A stretch of DNA of 64,000 nt from Acidobacteriota bacterium (GCA_963663035.1 OY760074.1:1600001-1664000), one strand, 5' to 3'. Positions 49,358 to 59,273 are shown, counted from the stretch's first letter. Made by a program: numbers and translations. The notes: generated by a model not told the origin, from the sequence alone.

Positions 49358-49645
49358 CTACTGGATCGTCTGGCTTCCTTCGTCTCCCCAGGCAGTTCTG
49401 ATGGCTTTGGCCAGCTCCTCGCACTTCTGAGCGAGTTGAGGGGTATTGGCATTGACATCCGACCCGTTGCCTAGCTTCTGATAGAGGTCAAATGAGGTCT
49501 TGGCCAGCTCTGCAACTTTTTCTCGAAGTTCCCGATCACGTTCTTGAGTTTCCGTGATCTTTTCCACCTCTTGCAGGATAGCTTTTGCCAAGAGCGATCT
49601 TGACTGGGTTGTGTGGTCTGTTTTTCGATTGGCGTTACGTCCCAT
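49358..49645 (-). CDS. Hypothetical helical protein
   Basis: 95-aa amphipathic ORF directly downstream of a consensus sigma-54 box. Confidence 0.5.
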   Translation of the reverse strand: MGRNANRKTDHTTQSRSLLAKAILQEVEKITETQERDRELREKVAELAKTSFDLYQKLGNGSDVNANTPQLAQKCEELAKAIRTAWGDEGSQTIQ

Positions 49646-49656
49646 GCCCTGCTAGT

Positions 49657-49672
49657 TGCAAGTTCTGTGCCA
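49657..49672 (-). promoter_or_regulatory. Sigma-54 (-24/-12) promoter
   Basis: Minus strand TGGCACAGAACTTGCA matches TGGCAC-N5-TTGCA. Confidence 0.65.
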
Positions 49673-50008
49673 CAGGTGGCCAGGGTAAGCTTCATCTTGT
49701 TGATCCGACTGGAGTTAGTGGATCTCCAGCGGACTTCAAGAATTTGATTGGGAGCTGGTAAAACCTGGATTTTGACAAGAAATGTCAGGGCATTACCAGT
49801 TTTCGTCAACGAAAGACCTGGGCAAACTCCTTCTATTCGTTCTCTGGAGAAAAACCCCAAGACAGATGCTTTGACAAAAAATTACAAAGTTTTAGTGGGC
49901 GTTTTCTTTTCGCATGTAGTATGGTCTTAAACAGATGCGGTTCTCGTAGGATTCTATCCGACCATTTCCCTCAATGTGTGAGCGGGAACCGCATTCTACC
50001 CTCTCTCG

Positions 50009-50647
50009 TTACTCATTACTCCAGTCAAAGGCATTGAACTGGGCGTAACAATTCTCATGTTGAAACTCCAGATGACCTCCAGCACTGACATTGAAGGAAA
50101 CGGTGTTGCCCATCTCGGCCTCTTCATATTCAAAGCCATTGGGAAGCACAATGCGTGCCCGGTGCTCCTCGCCCGATACCGGGTTTTTAATGGGTTCGGA
50201 GCGGCTCTCGCCAAAGTCCGGAATGCTGAGAAGAGCCCGTCGCTGCTGACGGTCAATTGCAAGCGTAATGGGTGCGAACGTGGGATCGAGGCGGTTGGGA
50301 CACACAGCAGCAGTGATCTCGAAATAGGCACCCCCCTGCTGACCGGTGTCAAGGGCCTCCAACGCCTCCCGCTGCTCCGCCGTGGCTCCCTCATCAATGA
50401 TCATTAGCATGGTGCCGTTGCCCTCGTGGATCGCTGCCGGCCAATGAAACAAGCGTGCGAATTTCACACCCACCATCTGCGTGTCGCCATAGAATCCCTC
50501 CTCGATCTGCCAGCCGACTATAGCCTCACAATTGCCAGTGGTTGGCAAAGCATTGAACTGACAGGGGCATCCCCATGCGCAGTTGCAGTTGGCGATCTCT
50601 TCTCCGCTGATACGCCATTTTGTGTTGGTCGATTCGTTCATAGCCAC
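50009..50647 (-). CDS. DUF1326 family protein
   Basis: NCNCAWGCPCQF...GNC, IHEGNG. Confidence 0.88.
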   Translation of the reverse strand: MAMNESTNTKWRISGEEIANCNCAWGCPCQFNALPTTGNCEAIVGWQIEEGFYGDTQMVGVKFARLFHWPAAIHEGNGTMLMIIDEGATAEQREALEALDTGQQGGAYFEITAAVCPNRLDPTFAPITLAIDRQQRRALLSIPDFGESRSEPIKNPVSGEEHRARIVLPNGFEYEEAEMGNTVSFNVSAGGHLEFQHENCYAQFNAFDWSNE

Positions 50648-50822
50648 ACTACTCCTTTTGTTAGTTATCGGTGGGCGCCAACAGTATGGTGAGTCTCTCC
50701 CGCTCAGATGTTACGCCCGGAAGGGCCTGGAAGACAATACCTATGCGCCACAAGATGAACAGGTTTTACCCTTGCTCCTCCCCCCTTTAAACCACTACCA
50801 TCTAAGGCTGCCAGGATTTTAA

Positions 50823-51878
50823 ATGCCAAGAGCACATCATAAGAAGGTCAGAATCTCTTCCACCGGAATCTACCTGCCCGACACTGTTTATACCAATGAG
50901 CAAATTATTGAACGTATTAAAAAGACCATCAATAACCCTGAAGATCCACGTCTGCGCGACCTTGATGCAGAAAAAATTGTCGCAAATACGGGAATAACGA
51001 CGCGACGCTATGCGGATATGACAAGGGAAGACAATCCGGAAACGGCGGTCAATATGTCCTGCATAGCACTGAAGCAGGCTTTGAAACGCGCCCAATGGAA
51101 TGTGCTTGACCTGGAGTTCATCATCTTCGCTACAGTGAGTGTGGGCAATAACCCCGGTGATCATTTAATCCCCTCTGCAGGCTGCCATTTGCAGCAGGAA
51201 ATAGGGGCCTATAATGCGATGGCTTACGACTTAAAGGCGGCTTGTTCCGGCTGGGTTTATGGGATGGGTCAGGCCATCGCAAACATTGAAGCTGGATTGG
51301 CGGTAAAAGGCGCTGTCATCTCCACGGAAACACAGGAACGCGGGCTGGACTTTTCTGATCCTGCGTCATGCGTGCTGATGGGAGATGTAGCCACTGCAAC
51401 CTTAGTGGAGAAATCAGAGAACCCGGATGTCCTGTTTCTGAATCTGGAGGCAAACTCTAAACGGAATCTTAAGGATATTCTCAGGCTTAATGATGCAAAT
51501 GTCTACAATGACAAGGATTGTCTAACCAGACCAATCTTCAGATTAAAAGGGACAACGGTCTATAAAGAAGGTATCCGGCAGATGTCCAGGCTGGTTCGGG
51601 ACACACTTCAAGAAACCGGGCTGAGCATTGATGATGTCGATCATTTTATCTTCCATCAGGCCAACGGCTCCATGTTGAAACGTGTCGCCAAGATGACCGG
51701 AATCCCGGCTGAAAAGAACCTCATGAACATTCAAAAAATAGGGAACACCACATCGGGCACAATTCCGTCTGTCCTACATATGTATCTTGAAGACGGGACC
51801 ATTCAACGTCACCAGAAGGTTCTGTTTGTTTCCTTTGGCGGCGGCCTGACTTCCGGCGCTCTTTTGATGAATATCTAG
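50823..51878 (+). CDS. 3-oxoacyl-ACP synthase III (FabH-like)
   Basis: AACSG catalytic Cys, FHQAN His, GNTTSG Asn, FGGGLT. Confidence 0.88.
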   Translation: MPRAHHKKVRISSTGIYLPDTVYTNEQIIERIKKTINNPEDPRLRDLDAEKIVANTGITTRRYADMTREDNPETAVNMSCIALKQALKRAQWNVLDLEFIIFATVSVGNNPGDHLIPSAGCHLQQEIGAYNAMAYDLKAACSGWVYGMGQAIANIEAGLAVKGAVISTETQERGLDFSDPASCVLMGDVATATLVEKSENPDVLFLNLEANSKRNLKDILRLNDANVYNDKDCLTRPIFRLKGTTVYKEGIRQMSRLVRDTLQETGLSIDDVDHFIFHQANGSMLKRVAKMTGIPAEKNLMNIQKIGNTTSGTIPSVLHMYLEDGTIQRHQKVLFVSFGGGLTSGALLMNI

Positions 51879-51901
51879 CAGCTGACAACTGACACCTGAC
51901 A
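51879..51901. repeat. Heptamer tandem repeat (CTGACA-N)x3
   Basis: cagctgacaactgacacctgaca immediately after the stop codon. Confidence 0.65.
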
Positions 51902-51998
51902 TAGGTTTTGGTAGCCTCAGACAGAGCCATACGGTATAGTGGGTACCACAAAGGGAGACTGCAGTAAGAATGTCGGTGAATTTCAAAGTGAGATGGTC

Positions 51999-52367
51999 AT
52001 GAAAACAAGGCTGGCTATCACTTTTTGCGGAGTAGTCCTCCTTCTCAGCGTTGGTTGTTCCACAGCAAAGAAAATAGGGACGTTGGGCATTTCAGATCTT
52101 ATAGACAAAATTTCTGTTCGGAGAAATCCGGCAGCTGGAGTCAGCATAAGAAAAATCAAAGACGCTAATCAGTATGATTTTTATATCGCTTTGTTAGATG
52201 AAGCTGGTGAACCATCCAGAACCTATATCGTCAAAGGCTTCAGGGAACAGGCCAAAGCTCAATTCTATTCAAACCTTAATTCTGTGGTCATCAATGATGA
52301 GGACGAGGCACTGTATGCCTTGGTTGTAGATAGAGACATTGAATATCGAAAACGTGTCGACGATTGA
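51999..52367 (+). CDS. Hypothetical lipoprotein
   Basis: MKTRLAITFCGVVLLLSVGC lipoprotein signal. Confidence 0.65.
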   Translation: MKTRLAITFCGVVLLLSVGCSTAKKIGTLGISDLIDKISVRRNPAAGVSIRKIKDANQYDFYIALLDEAGEPSRTYIVKGFREQAKAQFYSNLNSVVINDEDEALYALVVDRDIEYRKRVDD

Positions 52368-52459
52368 GAATAAGATCTCAGCCGCTCTCTTCTCGCCTCC
52401 TTTCACTCTGTTTTAACAGAAAACAATCTGCAAGAATTGAACGCATCTTGAGCCAGGAA

Positions 52460-53203
52460 ATGAATTTTCAGCACAGAGGCTTGGTGCAGCAGGGATATCG
52501 CTATACGCCAGGGGAACTCCAGGAACTCGTTTGGGGTTTGGGATTCACGCCCTCTGCCTGCATGCTGGTAGCCCTTTACGGCCTGGCCACCCAACAAGCG
52601 TATGTCCATTTTACGATGGCGGCAGTGGGCATTCTTCCCTTTTGGTTCCCCGCTTCACACCCCTTCGATCTTTTCTACAACCATCTCCTGCGTCCGCTCT
52701 GGAACGGGGTAAGGTTGCCCCCCACTCCTCTTCCCCGAAGGATCGCCTGCTTCCTGGGTGGATCTATGAACCTCGGAATTGGCCTGGCTTTTGTTTATCA
52801 GTCGCCATTCGTGGCCTATGTTCTGGGGACTACACTGATCGCTTTGCAACTCGTTGTGATCACCACCAATTTTTGCCTCGCCGCCTGGATGTATGAGGGC
52901 TTGATGAAAACGATTGGAATGTGGACACCGCCCATTCCGGTTGAACAGGCGAAGGAACTCATCGACGGGGGCGCCCGCTTAATTGATGTCCGCAATCCAG
53001 AGGACTTTTCCAAAAAACACATTCCCGGTGCCATCAATTTACCGCTGGAGAAGTTGAATCAGCAGCTGGACGAACTCAGAGATCAGTGTGTTGTCCTCTA
53101 TTGCCAACGCGGTGTTCTCAGTCAGATAGCGGCCCGCAGCTTGAAAAGAAAAGGCTGCAGCAAGGTGTATAACCTGGGTGCCATGTCTCGCTGGCAGGAA
53201 TAG
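52460..53203 (+). CDS. DUF4395-like membrane domain fused to rhodanese
   Basis: HPFDLFYN, PRRIAC, NFCLA; LIDVR, HIPGAINLP, YCQRG; start reassigned to ATG 52460. Confidence 0.8.
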   Translation: MNFQHRGLVQQGYRYTPGELQELVWGLGFTPSACMLVALYGLATQQAYVHFTMAAVGILPFWFPASHPFDLFYNHLLRPLWNGVRLPPTPLPRRIACFLGGSMNLGIGLAFVYQSPFVAYVLGTTLIALQLVVITTNFCLAAWMYEGLMKTIGMWTPPIPVEQAKELIDGGARLIDVRNPEDFSKKHIPGAINLPLEKLNQQLDELRDQCVVLYCQRGVLSQIAARSLKRKGCSKVYNLGAMSRWQE

Positions 53204-53205
53204 TA

Positions 53206-53285
53206 ACACCCACAGCTAGGGAGACTTCAATGGTCGGCACCACCATTGGTTCGAAGAACTCAAACGCCTGGTGCCGACCAACTGA
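53206..53285 (+). pseudogene. Deletion scar of a Ser/Thr kinase paralog (5' end joined to 3' end)
   Basis: agggagacttcaatggtcggcaccacca matches the kinase start at about 54358-54386; tggttcgaagaactcaaacgcctggtgccgaccaactga encodes WFEELKRLVPTN*, the kinase C-terminus. Confidence 0.8.
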
Positions 53286-53296
53286 AAGGCACACTG

Positions 53297-53983
53297 ATGG
53301 GTACGTCCGTTTCAGATCTCAATGTCAAACGGCTCATTCTGGTTCCGGCACTGATCACGCTGGCGGTCACGATTGCTCGCCTGGTGGGTGAGATAGCCGG
53401 CGGACCGTCGAGACTTTTCAACAGCGCAGCAGGTGGGGGAGGGGCGCTTGTGGGCATTGTGTGGCTCATTCCCATCTTTGGGATTTACTTTGGTGGCAAG
53501 CTGGTGCGTGGAGATCTTGCCCCGCAGAGCGTCGGAAAGGTGATCGGTTTCGCTGTGTTGGGTCTGGTAGTCGCAGGAGTGACTTTCGCTTCAGTGCCTG
53601 CTCTCACGACAGCTCTTCTTGGAAGCGGCCCCAGCCTGGGTAAAATGATCGTTCGCCCGCTAGGCCGCACCCTTGGCTACCTGCTTGCCGTCGTGATCTT
53701 ATACCGAGCCTGGCCCGCCTTTTTTAAAGTCATGCTCGGCTACGCTTTCGCGGCGCGTATTCCGGTCTTGATCGTGATGTTCACTGCGATGCTTGGGAAT
53801 TGGGGCACTCATTACGAACTGGGGCCTCCAGGAACCCCCGAAATGGGTTTCCTGCCGACATTTATTGTGATCGCGCTAATACCCCAGATGACTTTCTGGA
53901 TCATGGTAACCATGGTGTTCGGGACTCTGTTTGGTGGCCTGGCTGCTGCCGTGGTGCGGCGGGTGAACCGGATGGAACCGTAA
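53297..53983 (+). CDS. Hypothetical polytopic membrane protein
   Basis: 6-7 TM segments; YAFAARIPV, GNWGTHYE. Confidence 0.75.
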   Translation: MGTSVSDLNVKRLILVPALITLAVTIARLVGEIAGGPSRLFNSAAGGGGALVGIVWLIPIFGIYFGGKLVRGDLAPQSVGKVIGFAVLGLVVAGVTFASVPALTTALLGSGPSLGKMIVRPLGRTLGYLLAVVILYRAWPAFFKVMLGYAFAARIPVLIVMFTAMLGNWGTHYELGPPGTPEMGFLPTFIVIALIPQMTFWIMVTMVFGTLFGGLAAAVVRRVNRMEP

Positions 53984-54014
53984 GCAGGCTAACACTTCAG
54001 GCGTTTCAAGGCAC

Positions 54015-54215
54015 CTAACCTCGAGTCAGCCTCTTTTTGGCTCGAGCCCATTGGCCCCTCAACCTGGCAAAGAAGCCTGTCCCACCAGAGGAGCAGCAGC
54101 GCTTATACTTGAGACCGCTACCACAGGGACAATCCTCGTTCCGCCCGACTTTGGTGACGTTTCTTGTGACCGTGCGGCGATGGATGCGGGTGGGCAGCTT
54201 GTTGCTGATGCGCAC
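54015..54215 (-). CDS. Small SEC-C motif protein
   Basis: [20 protein letters not shown]. Confidence 0.8.
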   Translation of the reverse strand: MRISNKLPTRIHRRTVTRNVTKVGRNEDCPCGSGLKYKRCCSSGGTGFFARLRGQWARAKKRLTRG

Positions 54216-54369
54216 AATTTCATTTTATTCATTGACCTTGGCAGCCGTCAATTGACGGCCTCCAGCCCTGGATTCTGACTTCTCCTTCCTGAATGCCTTC
54301 TTCCCATTGCCTTCAGCCGCCTGAAGTTCTAATATCTACAAGAATCACACCCACTTGAGGGAGACTCCA

Positions 54370-57045
54370 ATGGTCGGCACCACCATCAGCCACTACAAAG
54401 TCCTAGAGAAGATCGGCCAGGGCGGCATGGGCGAGGTGTATCGGGCCGAGGACACGACTTTAAAGCGGGAAGTCGCCATCAAGGTCCTTCCTGAACAGTT
54501 CACGAAAGATCCTCAACGCTTAGCCAGATTTGAACGAGAGGCCCAGCTTCTTGCCCAGCTGAATCACCCCAACATCGCTGCCATCTATGGCCTGGAGGAG
54601 GCTGATGGTGTGCGCTTTCTTGCCCTGGAGCTGGTCCCAGGCGAAACCCTGCAAGAGCGTGTAGCCAGCGGCCCAGTCCCAGTCGAAGAAGCCCTGGAAG
54701 TTTGCCGCCAGATCGCCGAAGGCGTCGAAGCCGCTCATGAGAAGGGCGTCATCCACCGCGACTTGAAGCCTGCCAATGTAAAAGTCACACCAGAAGGCAG
54801 GGTCAAAATTCTCGACTTCGGTCTGGCCAAAGCGTTTGAGGCTGAGATTCCTGCTGCTGATATCTCACAATCACCTACCCTGACCGAGGAGATGACCAGG
54901 GCAGGAGTGATTTTGGGGACGGCTGCCTATATGAGCCCTGAGCAGGCCAAGGGGCAACCTGTTGATAAGAGGGCGGACATCTTTGCTTTTGGGGCTGTGC
55001 TTTATGAGCTGTTGACCGGGAAAAGGGCCTTTGAGGGGCAGACGATTACCGAAACCATTGCGGCTGTGCTCAAGAGTGAGCCGGACTGGAATGCACTGCC
55101 CACAACCACACCTTGGAGAATTCAAGACCTCTTGCGCCGATGCCTCCAGAAGGACGTTCATGATCGCCTCGACGGGGTAGCCAACTTACGAATTGAGATA
55201 AAGCTCGCACAAAGCGAACCCACAGCGGTAGCGCCGAGTGGGCTGGTCAGTGTCGTTCAGTTCCCCTTATGGAAGCGCATCGTTCCATGGAGTGTTACGG
55301 CGTTGATAGCCGTCATATCAATCATTACGGTGTGGAACTTGATACGTCCCGCACCGTCAGTGGTTACGACGTTGTCCATTGTGACACCAACGACTACGCC
55401 TGTGGCCTCTACTCGGCACAACGACGTCGCGATTTCTCCGGACGGAAGACACATTGTTTTCCGGGGTTCTCAGGAAGGTAGCAGTCAACTCTATGTGCGT
55501 TCCCTGAGTGCTCTGGAGGCCGACCCTATTTCTGAAACCGAAGGTGTAAATCGAGAATTCTTCTTCTCGCCTGACAGCCAGTGGGTGGTGTTTGTGGTGG
55601 ATGGCAAGCAAAAAAAGGTGTCGATTTCGGGAGGAGCGCCAGTAACCCTTTGCGATGCACCCTTTCAGGAGGGTGGGTATTGGGGCCCCGATGATGTGAT
55701 TGTGTTTGCTGACGGAGCTGCTGGTGATACAAATCTCCTTCGTGTGTCCGCCAACGGAGGCCAACCGGAAATTCTAGCGAAGCCGGACCACGCTAAGGGT
55801 GAGCTCGAGTATCAACACCCCGAGATTCTTCCTGACGGCAATACTCTGCTCTTTGACATCAGCCATGGAGTAAGTGAGTACCAGATCGCGGCCCTGTCAC
55901 TTGAGACAGGTGAACAGAAAATCCTAGTCGAGGCTGGTCAAAGTCCCCACTACGTTTCCACAGGACATTTGGTTTACGCACTGGTTGGAACGGGAACCCT
56001 AATGGCTGCGCCCTTTGACCTCGACAAGGTTGAGATAACAGGTGGCGCAATACCCATTCTTGAGGGAGTCAGCCATACCTCAGGAGTACTCGAAGGTAAT
56101 GTGGACTATAGCTTTTCCACCAACGGGTCCTTGGTGTACGTAGCTGGTGGCGGTGGCGGGGAGAGCACCGTGGTCTGGGTCGATCGAGAGGGGAACAGCG
56201 AGCCGCTTTTGGACACACCCGATGCATACAGCGTGCTACGGCTCTCACCTGACGGACAACACCTGGCCGTGGGTAATGACGAGGGTGGAGGAGACGTCTG
56301 GACTTATGATTTGGTTCGTGGTGTCCTGAGCCGGCTGACGTTCCATGCAGGGTGGGACCGGAGTCCAGCCTGGACACCTGACAGCCAGCGGATTGTGTTT
56401 AATTCAGCCCGAGGCGGTAGCTCAGGAACTCTTTTCTGGAAGGCGGCGGATGGAAGCGGCGAGACAGAGCAACTCACCAGCGGTGGTGCGGGTCAGCAGG
56501 TGCCTTTCTCCTTTACACCCGACGCTAAGGTCTTGGCGTTCGTCGAACCAAATCCAGAGACTGGATGGGATATTTGGACGTTGCAGCTTGATGGTGATCG
56601 CACGCCCGAGCAATTTCTTCGCACAGATGCCAATGAAAATGGGCCTGCTTTTTCCCCGGACGGTCGCTGGATTGCTTATGAATCCGATGAATCTGGTCAG
56701 AATGAGATCTACGTACGGCCTTTTCCGGCCTCAGCTAGCAAAAGTCAAATTTCCACTGGAGGCGGTGAAACACCACGGTGGGCACCGGATGGCAGTGAGC
56801 TGTTCTACCTTGAGGAAGACAGGATGATGTCAGTGCCAGTGACGATTGGAGATTCCTTCCAGCCGGGCACTCCTAGTGTCTTGTTCACCCACGATAATCC
56901 CTCGGGCCCTCCTCCAGCCTACTCCGTGTCTCCCGATGGTCAACGGTTCGTGATGCTCCAACCCAGCGAACAGGAGACACCAGGACAAATCAACGTCATC
57001 CTCAACTGGTTTGAAGAACTGAAGCGCCTGGTGCCCACGGAGTAG
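54370..57045 (+). CDS. Hanks-type Ser/Thr protein kinase with TM and PD40/TolB-like beta-propeller
   Basis: GQGGMG, VAIK, HRDLKPAN, DFG, YMSPE; repeated SPDG units. Confidence 0.94.
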   Translation: MVGTTISHYKVLEKIGQGGMGEVYRAEDTTLKREVAIKVLPEQFTKDPQRLARFEREAQLLAQLNHPNIAAIYGLEEADGVRFLALELVPGETLQERVASGPVPVEEALEVCRQIAEGVEAAHEKGVIHRDLKPANVKVTPEGRVKILDFGLAKAFEAEIPAADISQSPTLTEEMTRAGVILGTAAYMSPEQAKGQPVDKRADIFAFGAVLYELLTGKRAFEGQTITETIAAVLKSEPDWNALPTTTPWRIQDLLRRCLQKDVHDRLDGVANLRIEIKLAQSEPTAVAPSGLVSVVQFPLWKRIVPWSVTALIAVISIITVWNLIRPAPSVVTTLSIVTPTTTPVASTRHNDVAISPDGRHIVFRGSQEGSSQLYVRSLSALEADPISETEGVNREFFFSPDSQWVVFVVDGKQKKVSISGGAPVTLCDAPFQEGGYWGPDDVIVFADGAAGDTNLLRVSANGGQPEILAKPDHAKGELEYQHPEILPDGNTLLFDISHGVSEYQIAALSLETGEQKILVEAGQSPHYVSTGHLVYALVGTGTLMAAPFDLDKVEITGGAIPILEGVSHTSGVLEGNVDYSFSTNGSLVYVAGGGGGESTVVWVDREGNSEPLLDTPDAYSVLRLSPDGQHLAVGNDEGGGDVWTYDLVRGVLSRLTFHAGWDRSPAWTPDSQRIVFNSARGGSSGTLFWKAADGSGETEQLTSGGAGQQVPFSFTPDAKVLAFVEPNPETGWDIWTLQLDGDRTPEQFLRTDANENGPAFSPDGRWIAYESDESGQNEIYVRPFPASASKSQISTGGGETPRWAPDGSELFYLEEDRMMSVPVTIGDSFQPGTPSVLFTHDNPSGPPPAYSVSPDGQRFVMLQPSEQETPGQINVILNWFEELKRLVPTE

Positions 57046-57051
57046 TGGTGC

Positions 57052-57078
57052 GGATTCGGCACCTGAGGTGCCTCCCAC
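57052..57078 (-). repeat. REP-like palindrome
   Basis: Exact reverse complement of 8602-8628. Confidence 0.75.
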
Positions 57079-57207
57079 GCTCAGGGAAATATGAGGCAAT
57101 TCGACAGCTTGTGTTTTGGCTATGGAGGCACTATGATGAGCTATTCTCAAAGTCAATGACTAAGACTCTGCATTAGTACACTTTTAAATCGAACAGGAGG
57201 TCCCACT

Positions 57208-59229
57208 ATGAGTACCAATCAATTCATCACCAGGTCTTGCTTTACGGCCATGGCCATGCTTCTTTTTTTCCCGCTCACTGCCTCTTTGGCTCAGCAGCTT
57301 CCCCCTCAGGTCGAGGAAATGGGGTATGCCGATACCGTCTTTATCAACGGGAAGGTTGTGAGCATGGATGATGCCTCCAACTCCACGCAGGTGGGGAATA
57401 GCTACCAGGCTATTGCTGTGAAAGGCAACAAGATCATGAAGCTGGGAACCAACCAAGAGGTTCAAGTCTTGGCCGGCCGCATCACCACGGTTTTCGATCT
57501 AGATGGACGGACCCTGATTCCCGGCATCATCGAGCCCCACCGGCATATTTATGGAAATGCTCTGCGGTGGGCCGACCGCGTCGGCTTGCAATTCCCGCCA
57601 GATGGAGTCACCTTCGTGACAGCCCAGGCGGACCGGGACCTGGAAAAGACCCAGGCTGTAATCCGGGACACTCTCCAGGAGGCCGTCAGGAATGCAAACC
57701 CAGGGGATTGGATTGTACTCAATATGCGGCCCTATCCGGAGACCCCGGGAAGGCTTCAATTCTGGGGCATGACCCGACGCCTGACCAATCGTCGAACCCT
57801 TGACCTGTGGACGCCGGATAATCCAGTTCTGATGCGCCCGGGTCTGAGAGGCAATATCAATTCCGCGGCGTTGGAGATCCTAGACGAATTTTTGCCAGGC
57901 TACTCCGACTCCATTCAGGAGACCATGCATGGAGTGGACATCGGGGAGGACATCCCTGAACTGGGCTGGGTGGGGAGCCAGGAGATGGCTGTGATCACCT
58001 GGGAGCTCTTTTTGGAAGACGTCGAGCCCAACATTCTGGCTCAAATGCTCAAGCTGGAATCGGAAGCCTGGGCTTCCCTGGGAGTCACGACCTGGGGCAC
58101 CCGCCTTCCCTTCCCCAAGGTGATGACCGGATACGCCAAGCTGGTCGAACTGGGCCAGATGCCCATTCGTCTCAATGCCCACTACGAAGTGCACCGGATG
58201 CCCACTGACCCACAGCAGACTCGGCAATTGTACCGGCGTACCGGGGTACTGCAAGGCATCGGAAATGACTACATGTGGATTGATGGAGTCGCTTCGGAAC
58301 GGTGGGATTCCCATTATCCGGAGGCCTGCACCGGGCCCGATACCAACGCACCGGCTCACATGAAAGCCCGTGAAACCTGTCCTCACGAGGGTGATCTGCA
58401 TTGGGATACGCTTGCAAACGCCATCAAGGCGGGATGGAGAATCGCCGGAGTGCACACCTGTGGAAGCGAAAGCTTGAGGCGTTTCATCCAGATGATTGAT
58501 CAGGCAAGGGCAGAGGCGGGGATGACGGTTCAACAAATCCACGATCAGCACTTCTCCCTGGAGCACTGTGATCTGATTGGAAAACAACCCGATGTGATCG
58601 ATAAGATCAAACGGTATGGGATTATCCTGAGCTGCGGTCCCGATTACATTCGAGACTGGCGCAACTGGATCAAAGACTATGGGCCTCAAACTCCCAATAT
58701 CGAGGACTTTATGAGCCCCTTTAAAACCTGGATAGAAGAAGGAATCCAGTTGGTGGGACAACACTACGGTGCGGGTGCGTTTCGGTCCGGAGGAGGAGGA
58801 AATACCGTAGGAGACGGATTGCAGCCCCCCTTCTTCATGCTGTGGCAGGCCATTACCAGAGAGTTTGACGGAAAAGTGTGGCAAGCGGACGAGCGCATTG
58901 ACCGGGTGCACGCCTTGAAGATGTGGACTCGATGGGCGGCCGAGTACGTCCGCCATCCGGATCAACTGGGATCACTGGAAGAAGGCAAATGGGCTGATCT
59001 CCTGGTGATTGACCGGGATTACTTTACGATTCCAGTAGACGACATCCTCAAGATCCGGCCGCTCATGACCATGGTGGGGGGCAAGATTGAGGCACTGCAG
59101 TCCCCCCTGGCAAACGAGTGGGGTGTGGGTGCAGTAGGACATGAGTATAGCTTTGAGGACAGTGAGCTCGAGTGGATCGGCAAGCCCATCACGGAAGATG
59201 GAAAGAGAGAAGCCGGCCTCCTCGACTGA
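57208..59229 (+). CDS. Exported amidohydrolase-3 (YtcJ-like) family protein, copy 1
   Basis: Signal peptide, DLDGRTLIPGIIEPHRH, LEHC, GSLEEGKWADLLVID. Confidence 0.85.
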   Translation: MSTNQFITRSCFTAMAMLLFFPLTASLAQQLPPQVEEMGYADTVFINGKVVSMDDASNSTQVGNSYQAIAVKGNKIMKLGTNQEVQVLAGRITTVFDLDGRTLIPGIIEPHRHIYGNALRWADRVGLQFPPDGVTFVTAQADRDLEKTQAVIRDTLQEAVRNANPGDWIVLNMRPYPETPGRLQFWGMTRRLTNRRTLDLWTPDNPVLMRPGLRGNINSAALEILDEFLPGYSDSIQETMHGVDIGEDIPELGWVGSQEMAVITWELFLEDVEPNILAQMLKLESEAWASLGVTTWGTRLPFPKVMTGYAKLVELGQMPIRLNAHYEVHRMPTDPQQTRQLYRRTGVLQGIGNDYMWIDGVASERWDSHYPEACTGPDTNAPAHMKARETCPHEGDLHWDTLANAIKAGWRIAGVHTCGSESLRRFIQMIDQARAEAGMTVQQIHDQHFSLEHCDLIGKQPDVIDKIKRYGIILSCGPDYIRDWRNWIKDYGPQTPNIEDFMSPFKTWIEEGIQLVGQHYGAGAFRSGGGGNTVGDGLQPPFFMLWQAITREFDGKVWQADERIDRVHALKMWTRWAAEYVRHPDQLGSLEEGKWADLLVIDRDYFTIPVDDILKIRPLMTMVGGKIEALQSPLANEWGVGAVGHEYSFEDSELEWIGKPITEDGKREAGLLD

Positions 59230-59273
59230 GGGTCCGGATTCGTACATTTTTAGATGGAACAGGAGGCCCCTTT

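Noticed and set aside
49871-49900. TTGACA sigma-70 -35 candidate
   Set aside because: No -10 hexamer at 16-18 bp spacing.
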